NCBI RefSeq assembly: GCF_002571385.2
Contig: NW_019217842.1
Span: 326,963-390,962 of the forward strand
Direction of reading: 5' to 3'
Origin: Stylophora pistillata
Lineage: Eukaryota
DNA length: 64,000 bases
A program made the position numbers and the translations under genes. How positions within the stretch are numbered: the first letter of the stretch is position 1; every line of letters starts with the position of its first letter. The notes beneath the pieces are model-generated. The model worked only from the letters and a program-made list of their open reading frames with translations, was not told where the DNA came from and searched no databases. Below are positions 49,039 to 60,251 of the stretch, piece after piece.

Positions 49039-52000
49039 ATGGCTTCGTGGCTTCACCCTGAAAAGAAACGCAACCAAAATCTCAATCCTTCTCTGCATCG
49101 GAAATCAAGAATACCGGTCAGAATGACTCGCCCGAGCAGAGAGAGTGACAGAAGATTTTCGTCAAAGCACGAGGCCGATAGCAAAGCGCGGCTGCAGAGA
49201 AATTCAGTCAACAAACCTCAAAACAAGCGATCATCGCGGAATCCGATTGTGGTGCGCGAGAAGAAGACCAAAGTTGATACTAAAGTTGGTCCAGCTAAGA
49301 TTGTCAAAATAACTGGAGTAGGAAAACCTCTTAGAAGAGATTCAGGTATGTCTTGTCGGTTGTTGGCTGGCTTCATTTTTCATTCAAGCCCTACATCGAA
49401 AACTGAAGAGATTTTAGAAAACGGTTTCAAATGAGCAGCCGGAATTACAGAAGAGATTGGATCATACCATGATACGCCGTACGCAAAAGGCATGAATAGC
49501 AGTTTAGATAAACCGTATTTCATTTTTGCGGAATACATGTTATACCGGGCTTAAAAAGAAATTTCAAAGTTGTTTATTTAAAATTCGATGATAAAGACTC
49601 GCTTCAACTTTTATTTTATTCATTGAGGGCAAGACTTACTAATGATCATTATTTATCACAACATTTCTATTCATTTGATTTATATTTAGCTCTTTATTTT
49701 CATATCTATTCTTTAATCTTTATTTATTTTAACTTCGGTCTCCTGAATGAAATTATTTCCCAAGTTGCAGAGATTTTGACACCCCCCTCCCAAAAAAAAA
49801 AGAAAGAAAGAAAGAGATCGATGTAGGCCGCTTAAAACATAAATCATCTCAGTGATCTCAAGCTGCTTAATTAGTTGAGCTCGTTTGCACAAACTAGAGG
49901 CAGATTACTGCCGTTACAATATTATGAGATTTTCTAAGGAAATAATCTGTTAGCGACTGATTTTTCTTAGGGGGGAGCTAATCGGTAATCTTGATTTAAT
50001 CACAGGTACTAACCTGCGAGAAACTCAAAGAAAACAGGACAAGAAGGAAGCAAGCGCCATTCCTTCAACTACAGCTATTTGTGGCAGTTTAAGGTGCGCT
50101 CAGAAAACGACGCCAAATGTCAAGCGACGTATATCACGACAGCGTACACCCATAGACACAGAGTCGAAACAGGTAATCTTGAATAACATATAATACTCGA
50201 AGCAAGAAAACTGTTTTATGAACATATATCGTTAGTAGAGTATCTCACATTGACAACTGTCTTCTGAGGGACTTGAAACTTAATGTCGTGATTGGCTCCC
50301 CCCCTTTATGTAAATTCGAAAGAAGAAGAAAAGTGGCTAAGTCGTAAACGGAATCGCAAATCATAATTACGATTGTCACTCATTTATATCATGTCTTCCG
50401 GCTTCATTTCTGTGGGTTATCACCATCATAGTTAAAAAAAATAGTCACCTACTTTCTCTCCAGAAATTCAACAACTGCGACAAAAAATAATCCTTGTTTT
50501 GCTTAAATAAACAGGTCTGCAAAGATGGGAAAGATCCCCGCGTCATTACTGAGGAACTTCAAATGTACCGAAGGACGATAGAAACTTTGCAGGCTGACCT
50601 GGATGAGAGCAAAGTTGATATAAAGCGACTGCAGCTTAAGGAAGAATACCAAGAAAGAGAGCTGGCGAATTTAAAATGTGATTTTAAGAGAAAGGAGCGA
50701 AAATGGGACGAAGGAAATAAACTCGTGGAAAAGGTTATGGCGGACATAAACGAACTATGGGATGATGTTGATTACTTGGAAGAAAGATTGAAGCACAGTC
50801 AAGAAAGCAATGAAGATCTGACGTTTGAGACTGATGAGCTGAAGATAACGATACAGGAAATGAAGAAGGAGTATAGGGTGGAACACAGTCGCGGTGGATG
50901 CGGACATCTACGCGAAGAAGTAGAGTTACTAAATGGATCCCTGGAGTTGAATGAACAGCGAGTAGCTCTGTTAGAGAGCCAAGTTGACGCGTTTAAAGCA
51001 GAAAGAAAAGAGTTATTGGAGGATGTTGACTACTTGGAGGAAAGATTAAAGAACAGTCAAGAAAGCAATGAAGATCTGACGTTTGAGGTTGATGAGCTGA
51101 AGATAACGATACAGGAAATGAAGGAGTATGGAATGGAACACAGTCGCGGTGGATGCGGACATCTGCGCGAGAAAGTAGAGTTACTAAATGGATCCCTGGC
51201 GTTGAATGAACAGCGAGTAGTTGTGTTGGAGAGACAGTTGCATGAGTTGAAATGTGAAACTTCAAAGACAATCAGCGAACTTAATGATGAAATTGCTAAG
51301 TTACAAAAAGAAAAGTCCACATCGTTCTTGGAACTATCAAAGGAATTGGAAGAAGATAAAAATGTAATCGAGGAGATAAGGCAAGAAAGATGTGACAAGG
51401 ACCACCTCGAACTACAGTCTGAAAGAATAAGAGAACTTGAGACTCAAATACAAAGAATGGAGGACATAAAGAGAAACGCAATTCACTTAGTTGATGCCTT
51501 GGTGCTTGAAGCAAGACAAGAAAGGTCAGAATCTGAAATTGCCAAGCTGACAAGAGAAAAGGATAGGGAGTTCAAGATCGACTTATTGCTCAATGGACTC
51601 CAAAACATTTTTTCTGAGTCATCCCGTGAGGTGAGATGTTTACTCTGCTAAGCTCGAGACTCAAGGGCGAGTAAGAGCGATCCAAAAGCGCGCCGGAGAG
51701 GATGAAAACGAAAACTACCATAATTTTTGGGTGTGGACTTTTTGCACTTTTTAGATGTAACTGTCATAAAATTTTGACGTGCATGGATATTTTGAAGCGT
51801 GTTATTAATTTTTTTTTTGTCATACCACACATAGGAAAACACCTTTAGCACCCTGGAAACCAGGAAGGAAAAAGCAGCTTTATACCAAATGATGTTTTTG
51901 GAAGATGAGAGTAATGTGGCAGCTAGTGGTCAGGGAGACACCAAGAATAAATGGTCAGTAATATTTATTGTTGCAAGGATATTATATACTAGTTTTAGAT

Positions 52001-52572
52001 AAAGCTACAGCTGTACGTTTCAGAATCCATCTTTTTCCTCGCTTTTTATCATCGTTGTTAACTCGAAAAGTTCACCACATGAAGAAGTCTGAGCATTGAA
52101 AGGGAGATTGATGGTCAAACAAAACTCGACAAACTATTTCGCAAGCGGATATAGACCCAACTTTTTTTTTTTTAAGAAGATTTTCCCTGGCGGCTCATCC
52201 ACCAAACTAAGTAGAAGCAAGATATTTGAAAAATTTGGTGAATATAAAACCTTAAAATAGGCACTGGGATCCTGAAGCATCCTATAATTAACACTAACGC
52301 AGTAATAACAAGATGCTTACCACGCATAACTGATAATTTACGGGGGGTAGATCCACACGTTCCTCAACCTTTTCCCTGTTATCTATCAAAAGGTAATTTA
52401 GCGGTGAGTGTTTCTTACTTTTAATTGCAGGGTGAATACCTCTGGGATGGAGAAACGTTTTGAAACAAGGGGAAACCGCGCCAGTGATATCGCTGAGGTT
52501 CACCATACAATGCGGAAACTTTCAGCACACGGATCGTCTAAGAAAATCTCGATCCTTCTCTGCAAAGGTTAA
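49039..52572 (+). CDS. Uncharacterised coiled-coil protein with basic N-terminus (exons 49039-49345, 50006-50172, 50515-51630, 51835-51953, 52431-52572)
   Basis: Five exons join in frame through GT-AG sites (phases 1, 0, 0, 2); exon 3 is E/K/L-rich heptad sequence; last exon is less certain. Confidence 0.72.
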
Positions 52573-53104
52573 AGTTTTGCAGGAGAACTATCGATGCGAC
52601 ATATTGGAAAAGTGATTAAATAAGATATTTATATCATTGAAAATTGTGCGTGCAATTGAAATAATATTGAATTTAATTTTGTTTTAGCGAGAATATGCTT
52701 TCCTTCTGTAGATAAATGTTTTTTTTTCTAAGCATTCACGCTTAGAAATAACAGTTATTTATTATTACAAGTGGACATATATTAAAACACTGTAAAAATT
52801 CATAAATCTTTTTCTGTCAGGGAAGGGGACAGTACAGAACAGGTGGAGGAGCAATATTCTTCTTACAGCTAACGGGCCAGTAGTCTTAGTGGGCCTTAGG
52901 GTGAATTTGACCCCCTAAAAAACAGATGTTTTATAGTTTCCCTCTTATCTCGTTTAGTAATGCAAACTCTTAACTTTGTTCGCGAAAATCACCGGAAACG
53001 GTTCGAAGAAACCATATTGTCAAGAAAGTCCCAAACGCTATCGCACTAAATGTGCTTTGGTCGTAAGAAACCTGCGAGGGACCATTTTCCGCTGCTAAGT
53101 ATTA

Positions 53105-53305
53105 CCTCGCACCAATCAGATCACAGTAATACGGTAGATATCTCGTACCAATCAGATCACAGCATTAGGCTAGGTAGCTCGCACCAATCCGATCACAGCA
53201 TATAGGGCTGATATCTGGCACCAATCAGATCACAGCAATAGGGTATCGATACTTAACTCGCTCTATTCAGATCAGAGCAATTGGGTATGTTTACACTAAT
53301 CAGAA
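53105..53305. repeat. Degenerate ~36-38-bp tandem repeat containing CCAATCAGATCACAG, 5-6 copies
   Basis: Direct observation. Confidence 0.8.
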
Positions 53306-54803
53306 CGTCAGGGTACTTTCCCCTACGCCAATTATCATTTAATTAGGGTGCCAAAAAATAATGCAATGTAATCAACCGAACATTGACGCACACTAAGAAA
53401 GTCGTTAATATAGAATTCTGAGCTCATCTACCCAGTGTAATGGTTCATGTCCTCTACTGTGATCTGTCGAGGTTAGAAAACGTGTTTTGTGTACCGCTCC
53501 TTTTATTACAACACACGCACCGTCAGCAGTCAGCTTCGCTCTCTGAAAATTGGGTTTAGGGCTAGATAATGTCTACGGACAAATGTCTAAGCATATTTTC
53601 GCGCCAACTGGAGGCTATAGGTTATTCAAGTGTGCGCGTTATGTCTCAGTTATTCCACCAGTAGTTAGATTCCACCCTCATCTTGTAAGCTTTAAAACAA
53701 AGATGCGCAAGATCGCGGTTTAGGGACAGCTGGCAAAAACAAGAAATAAAGCTGAAAAGGTTTTTTTTAAAAAAAAATTAATTTCCAAAGTCAGGCAATC
53801 ATTTACAGCTTTGAAAGAAGTTCCAAAAATATTCACAGTTTACTTGCACAATACTAGTATAGGCATATTTCGATATAGGTTTGTACCTGCTTAGCATTTT
53901 TTTAGGGTAATGTACAATAACACTACGTTTGTTTTTAGCGAACTGGTTACATGGGCCTTCGGTTGTTCTTTGTCAGGCCCTTCAAGTTTGTGTTGCAGGG
54001 AAAGAGATGGAAGTGTGCTAAACTGAGAAATCCTTATTCCATAAAAAAATCTCATTCTCTTATTCTAAGAGCACACTTGTAAATAATCATTTTAGCTAAC
54101 ATGTTAACACTTCTAGGAACAAATAAAAATAATTTTTACTCCAAGCGCAGAAACACCTTAAGAAAAATACCTCTCGTTTAAGGAACTACGTAAAAAAGAG
54201 ACTTGCCAACCTCACGTTTTGACTTTGCTAACTTTGAAATTTTCACCCGCTAAGGTAAGAACAAGGAGCGCAGAAGAAATTTCCGAGTTCAGAGCACCAA
54301 ATATTTTCATAGCCGCTGTTTTCCGCATTAAATCTTAAACGGTAGAGGCTACGACGTCGCTATTGGACCTTAGTTCACCCGAAATTAATTAAATTAAAAT
54401 TATTACGTTAAAAATAAATCGAATCTCGTTTAAGGTGTCCTGACTCAGTCCCCTTGAAATACGAATTTAAAACAGCAATATTAGTTATCTAGAATTGTGT
54501 ATACCTTCTCTACAGTCTGAAGAATCCAATATACAGCACCTAGAACATTTCTGGTCCAGACACAGAAGCATGCTAATCACGTTACGAAAACAAAGCGTCA
54601 CTCGTGCGTCACAGCACCAAACTCGCTGATGAAAGTATCAATTCATTATTTTCATTACTCGCAAAGGATAGTTAATACGATCGTGTCATTTTATCAGTGC
54701 ATCTAAATACAGACGCATTTTTTTCATAGTCAGTATTCCTTGGCGTAAGCTCTTTGAGTCAAAGGAGGCTTTTGCTGTCAGCAGCATCTACCATTAGTCC
54801 AAT

Positions 54804-57800
54804 CTACATCACTGAACAACACTTGCATTGTGGAGATGAAAGCCCACCTTTCTTTGCTTTTTTACGTTCCTTTTCTTCTCCTCGGTTCTCAGGTGATAGT
54901 AACATTAGTACGGGTAATGTTTCATCAGTTCCTTCTTCCTTCTCTACAAAATGGGCAACTTGAGCTTCTGCCTCTCTCGGAGAATCTGGAATAAGCTTTT
55001 CTTCAAGGGGAATATCTGTATAAGGCTCCATTTCAGATTCGTCGACGCCCTGCGTTCTATTTGGGAGTGTAGATTCCTTAAGTTTTCGAGGGCTTTCCGC
55101 CACGTTAAACTGCTCCTGAGACTCGAGAATTCCACGATCCTCCGATACAGCTAAAGGTGCAGAACCTTCGTTTTCTTTCTCTGGTAGTATTTCGGGAGCT
55201 GATAGCCTCCTCCGAAGCACGACACGTAATAGTTCGACCTCACCGTCAGTGTTCCCTTCATGAAATTGTTTGGTATACGAAGTTGGTGAGAGCATTTCTT
55301 CTGTTGTGACCGTGTTAGGAAGAGAATTAGTTGAACTGCTAGCTACCTGTAAAGTCGTTTTCTCGTAAACCGTTTTGGTTACAATGGTTTCACTATCGTG
55401 GGCAGATTGTTCATCAGTACTTTCTATTGACGTTACAACCGATGTAGTGGTCGTGATGAATTCGGTCTGCTTAGTGTCTTGCCAGTTGTTGTTTACTTCT
55501 TGCTTGCTGTGTGCCACATCAAATTTCTTTTGCTTTTGTTCCTCTTCTCCCTCTAACTCTAAAAGATCAGAATGAAACTCGACTTCATTCTTCTGCACAA
55601 CAGGGGCAGCTGTTTCTTTTATGGAATCCTCACCTTCCTTCTTTTTTTCTACTTGAGGTATGTCTAACACAACTAACCGAGTCTCTTCCTTGCAAACGGA
55701 TTCTGTTTCTTGGGTGTCAGCTTCTTGCTCGTCCAAAAAATTCTGAGAAATGGGCTTCTTTTGAACTATAACTGCAACAACTTCGTCGACAGCCTCTCGC
55801 TTTTCTTGTGTATCAGATTCTTGGAGTTGTTCTCCAGAGATCTCAGGATCAAGGAGCGACTCCATGTTAAGTGAAGCTCTTCTCTTCTCAACCTTAACAG
55901 CTGTCTCTTCCTCGACAGGTTCTTTGTCACTCGTTGGTGCTAATTTCACTACTTTACTGTCGGGATGTCCTGGAGATGGCTTTTCGACTATTGATTCAAT
56001 ATTGATAAGTAAAGACTCCACCGTAGCGTCGTTGTCTTCCTCCGTGTCGTCTACGAACTCATCACCAGGAGTTTCATGATCGAGCAGAACCTTTGACTGA
56101 AGTGTAGCAGTTTTCCTTTCCATCACTACAAGCTCCGCTTCTGTGACTGGTTCTTTCTGTTCTGTTGCCTTCTCTTGTATCAAAATTGACAGGTTGTCTT
56201 CCACTGGTTTGTTTCCATCGTCTTCCCCACCGTCGAACACAGCCTCCATGTGAAGTGAAACAGGTCGTTTTTCTATAACGAGAGGAGATTCTTCTGCTAT
56301 AGCCTCGTTTATATCTGTTGATTGTGTGGCGTGTATTTCTTTGCCTTGTATAGGTCTCCTAACAAGTTTTACAGAATTTTCATCAAAGGCCTCATCCTCC
56401 TCTTCAACATCCCCCCTCACCTCCAGCATCGGGTGATAATTAAATGACTTCGGCGCTGTTTCCACTGCTACGACGGGAGTTTGTTCTATTGATTCCAGAT
56501 CCACAAGACTTTTTTCTTCATGAGATGACACAGGCTTCTTTTCTATCACCTCAGGTTGATCCTTGTTTAATATGTTTCTAACATGTTCTTCTTCTTTATC
56601 AAACACAGCGTCCATATGAAGTGAGACAGGCCGCCTTTCCAAAACAGTGAGCGAATCTTCTACTATAACCTCTCTCATCTCAAGAGAGGGTGTAGATCTA
56701 TTAGTGTCCACTCCATCGTCGTTTCTAGGTCTCGTAGGTAGTTCGATGGAAATAACATCACCATTTTTGTCCTCTTCCGGTTCTTCAGCCTCTTCTAACA
56801 TGGGATGATACGAGAACGACCGAGGCTCCGACTTTACTACAATGGTGGATGTTTCCTCTACTGGTTTCTGAATGTCACTGCTTTTTCCTTCGCCAAACAG
56901 GTGCTCCATATGAAGTGACACAGGCCTCTTTTCCACAACCTCGGAAGAGGCCTCCTCTGCTGTTTGCCTGACTTCATCTTCCTCTCCGTGATTAAAAGCA
57001 AAAGTAGGTTCCAATTGAAGCGATACAGGCTGCTTCTCTACAACAAGAGGTAATTCCTCGAATATTACGCTCTCCGTTTCATAAGCTTTTGTTGTTTGTT
57101 CAGTTTCTTCTTTCGGGCCTTTTCCTCGCTTGATTGTGACTAGCTCATCCCCGATGTCTTTAGACTTATCGTCATTGTTCTTGTTCTCATCCTCAATCTT
57201 CTCTTCTAACATGGGATGATAACAGAACGATCGCAGCTCTGATTCTAATGCAACATAGGATTCTTCTTCTATTGATTCTGGAGCCTCGTTGCCTTTGCCG
57301 TCGTCAAACAATTGCTCCATGTGAAGTGACACTGGCCTCTTTTCCACGACTTCGGGAGAAGCCTCCTCTACTGTTTTCCTGACTTCGTCGTTTTCTTCCA
57401 GCACAAATGCAGCTTCCACGTTAAGTGATACTGGTTGTTTTTCTACAACAAGGGGTAGTCCCTCTGTTATCTCGTCCTTTGCATCTGGAGACTTTGTCAT
57501 TTCTGCTGTATCTTTTCCAGCGTCTTTTTTGTATTTGATATCAATCAATTCATCGCCGTCTCTCACGAACTGGTCATCATCTTTTTCTTCAACCCTCTCT
57601 TCGAGCATCGAGTGATAAACGAAAAATCGTGGTTCCGATTCTACTGCAAAAGTTGAAACTTCTTCAATTGGTTCTCGATCTTCGGTGCTTTCTCCTTTAT
57701 CAAACAAGTACTCCATATGAAGTGACACGGGCCTTTTTTCTATAACTTCGGGGGAGGCTTCCTCTATTTTTTGTCTGACCTCGTCGTTTTCCTCGAGCTC

Positions 57801-60251
57801 AAATCCAGCTTCCATGTGAAGTGATACAGGTCGTTTTTCTACAACAAGGTGCGGTTCCTCCGATATTTCGTCCTTTGTATCTATAGATTTTATCATTTCT
57901 GCGGTTTCTTTTCCATTGCCATTTTTAAACTTAATTGTGACTAGTTCATTTCCGATGTCTACAGACTTATCACCGTCATCTACATTCCCATCTTGATCTT
58001 CAAGCTTCTCTTCTAATATCGAATGATAACACAAAAGTCGTGGCTCTGATTCCACTGCGACAGTCGAAACTTCTTCAATTCCTTCTCGAACCTCAGTGCT
58101 TTCATCTTCATCAAATAAGTGCTCCACGTGAAGTGACGAGGGTCTCTTTTCTATAACCTCGAGAGACGCCTCCTCCACTGTTTGCCTGACCTCGCCGTTT
58201 TCCTCAAGCTCAAACGTAGCTTCCATGTGAAGTGATACAGGTCGTTTTTCCACAACAAGGGGTGGTTCTTCTGATAGTTCGTCCCTTGTGTCTAAACATT
58301 TTGTCATTTCCACAGTCTCATTTCTGGCGCCTTTTTCGAATTTGATATCAACTAGTTCATCCCCAACTTCCACGGAATTGTCATCATCTTTATCTTCTGC
58401 CTTCTCTTCTAACATCGTGTGATAAACGAACGATCGCGGCTCTGATTCCACTGCCACAGTCGACTCTTCTTTTATCGGTTCTCGAACCTCATTGTTTTCA
58501 CCTTCACCAATCAAGTGCTCCATATGAAGTGACACGGGCCTCTTTTCTACAACCTCTGGAGAAACCTCCGCGATTGGTTCCTTTTCACTTTCCTCTTTCT
58601 CAAATATAGCTTCCATGTGAAGTGATACAGGCCGTTTTTCCACAACGAAAGGCGATTCTTCCGCCACAACTTGCCTGGAATCTGAATAATTCGTTGTTTC
58701 CAGGTCTTTTTCGGACTTCGCGGCTGCTGATTCTGCTTTGACTTCTAAAAAACTTTCATGAAAGTTATCACCCTTGTCCCCTTCATCAACAATCTCTTCT
58801 AACATTTGGTGGTAATGGAATGACCGTGGCTCTGATTCTGTTGCAACGGCATAGGCTTCTTTTACCGGCTCTAGAACTTCGGTGCGGTCCGTCTCACTAA
58901 ACACGTTCTCCATGTGAATAGATACAGGCCTCCTCTCGATGACCTCAGGAGAAGCTTCATCAATTAATTGCCTTACTTCTTCCATGCTATGTGACACAGG
59001 CTTCTTTTCTGTCTCCTCATCAGGGGTCTCCACCTTTTCCTCTCTAGTGCCATGGTCCTCCTCGTAGTCAAAAACAGTCTCCAAATGAAGGGATGGTGGC
59101 CGCTTTTGTACCACTAAAGGAGATTCTTCCTCCATAACAATCATCGTGTCCGCAGCTTCAGTCTCGGTTTCCTGACCCTTTTGGAACTCTATAACGGTTG
59201 AGTCCTTATCTATCTGTACAATATCCACATGAACCTTTTCATCGCATTCCACTTTTTCGTCTTTCTCCACAAGCAGAGGGTGGTAATGGGACGATCGTGT
59301 TTCCACTTCCTTTGCAACGAGGGAAACTTCCTCTAATGGTTCCCGAAATTCACTACCCTCATTTTCATTCGATACTTGCGACAATTGACGAGACCCATAT
59401 ATCTCTTCGATGATTTCGAGAGCACTCTCGAGGCTAGATTGTCTGACTCCGTCAGTTTCCCCGTCGTTAAGGACAGCTCCCATATGCGGTAGCATGGATT
59501 TATCCTCCAAAACAGTCAGAGCGTCGTCTTCTATAGGATCTTTCTCATTTTCTCCTTGGACATTCTCCACTTCTTCGGACTTACTCTTTATGGAAAATAG
59601 TTCTGGGTCATTTTTCTCTATTACTTTTATATCATCTTCCATGGATTCTTTGCTTTCCAAAGTAACACCATTAACTGTTATTGATTTAGTGTGGTAAGTA
59701 ATCGTTTTCTTTTCGACGGCAGCGGTTGAATCTTCGTGAGGCAGACCACTAGTCGTTTGCTTCTCGTTTCTCACAAATAATAGTTCTTTCACGTTGGTTT
59801 CTTTTGCTTGTTCTTCCTCTTCCTCTTCCTCTTCTTCTTCATTGAGACTTTCAGGAATTTCTATCTTCGTTCCTGATCGATCAACGTGCCTTAAAATAGT
59901 TGTAACAGAGGTTGTTCTTATTGTTATTCCTCCTTCTCCATTTTCAGTTTCAACCATTTTTTCATTTAATAAGTTCTGAGAACCCTCGCTAGAAGCTATT
60001 TCATCCTCTTCCTCGAGATCAAAAAAGCCATAGTTAACCACCCCTTCGCTCTTAGGTCCATTAAAAAACATCATATTCTTATCTTTCAAAGTCTCCTCTT
60101 CATCTCCCTCGAGAGAATCTGGCGTATCATGTTCTTGGCATTGCGTCTCCTTCTGGTAAACACCACTTTGACCATTTCCATTGATTGACGAAATACTCAC
60201 ATCATAAGTAATTGAGCCGCTGTCTTCCAATGATAAGGCTTCTTGCTCCAT
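54804..60251 (-). CDS. 1815-aa acidic repetitive protein with C-terminal polybasic stretch and CKCCSVM (CaaX, paralemmin-like) motif
   Basis: Single 5448-nt ORF. Acceptor tttttatag at 60291-60300 with in-frame stops upstream of the ATG. E-rich, repeated KRPVSLHME and EPRSFxYHxMLEE motifs; ends KERKKAKKGGLSSPQCKCCSVM. Confidence 0.88.
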   Translation of the reverse strand: MEQEALSLEDSGSITYDVSISSINGNGQSGVYQKETQCQEHDTPDSLEGDEEETLKDKNMMFFNGPKSEGVVNYGFFDLEEEDEIASSEGSQNLLNEKMVETENGEGGITIRTTSVTTILRHVDRSGTKIEIPESLNEEEEEEEEEEQAKETNVKELLFVRNEKQTTSGLPHEDSTAAVEKKTITYHTKSITVNGVTLESKESMEDDIKVIEKNDPELFSIKSKSEEVENVQGENEKDPIEDDALTVLEDKSMLPHMGAVLNDGETDGVRQSSLESALEIIEEIYGSRQLSQVSNENEGSEFREPLEEVSLVAKEVETRSSHYHPLLVEKDEKVECDEKVHVDIVQIDKDSTVIEFQKGQETETEAADTMIVMEEESPLVVQKRPPSLHLETVFDYEEDHGTREEKVETPDEETEKKPVSHSMEEVRQLIDEASPEVIERRPVSIHMENVFSETDRTEVLEPVKEAYAVATESEPRSFHYHQMLEEIVDEGDKGDNFHESFLEVKAESAAAKSEKDLETTNYSDSRQVVAEESPFVVEKRPVSLHMEAIFEKEESEKEPIAEVSPEVVEKRPVSLHMEHLIGEGENNEVREPIKEESTVAVESEPRSFVYHTMLEEKAEDKDDDNSVEVGDELVDIKFEKGARNETVEMTKCLDTRDELSEEPPLVVEKRPVSLHMEATFELEENGEVRQTVEEASLEVIEKRPSSLHVEHLFDEDESTEVREGIEEVSTVAVESEPRLLCYHSILEEKLEDQDGNVDDGDKSVDIGNELVTIKFKNGNGKETAEMIKSIDTKDEISEEPHLVVEKRPVSLHMEAGFELEENDEVRQKIEEASPEVIEKRPVSLHMEYLFDKGESTEDREPIEEVSTFAVESEPRFFVYHSMLEERVEEKDDDQFVRDGDELIDIKYKKDAGKDTAEMTKSPDAKDEITEGLPLVVEKQPVSLNVEAAFVLEENDEVRKTVEEASPEVVEKRPVSLHMEQLFDDGKGNEAPESIEEESYVALESELRSFCYHPMLEEKIEDENKNNDDKSKDIGDELVTIKRGKGPKEETEQTTKAYETESVIFEELPLVVEKQPVSLQLEPTFAFNHGEEDEVRQTAEEASSEVVEKRPVSLHMEHLFGEGKSSDIQKPVEETSTIVVKSEPRSFSYHPMLEEAEEPEEDKNGDVISIELPTRPRNDDGVDTNRSTPSLEMREVIVEDSLTVLERRPVSLHMDAVFDKEEEHVRNILNKDQPEVIEKKPVSSHEEKSLVDLESIEQTPVVAVETAPKSFNYHPMLEVRGDVEEEDEAFDENSVKLVRRPIQGKEIHATQSTDINEAIAEESPLVIEKRPVSLHMEAVFDGGEDDGNKPVEDNLSILIQEKATEQKEPVTEAELVVMERKTATLQSKVLLDHETPGDEFVDDTEEDNDATVESLLINIESIVEKPSPGHPDSKVVKLAPTSDKEPVEEETAVKVEKRRASLNMESLLDPEISGEQLQESDTQEKREAVDEVVAVIVQKKPISQNFLDEQEADTQETESVCKEETRLVVLDIPQVEKKKEGEDSIKETAAPVVQKNEVEFHSDLLELEGEEEQKQKKFDVAHSKQEVNNNWQDTKQTEFITTTTSVVTSIESTDEQSAHDSETIVTKTVYEKTTLQVASSSTNSLPNTVTTEEMLSPTSYTKQFHEGNTDGEVELLRVVLRRRLSAPEILPEKENEGSAPLAVSEDRGILESQEQFNVAESPRKLKESTLPNRTQGVDESEMEPYTDIPLEEKLIPDSPREAEAQVAHFVEKEEGTDETLPVLMLLSPENRGEEKERKKAKKGGLSSPQCKCCSVM

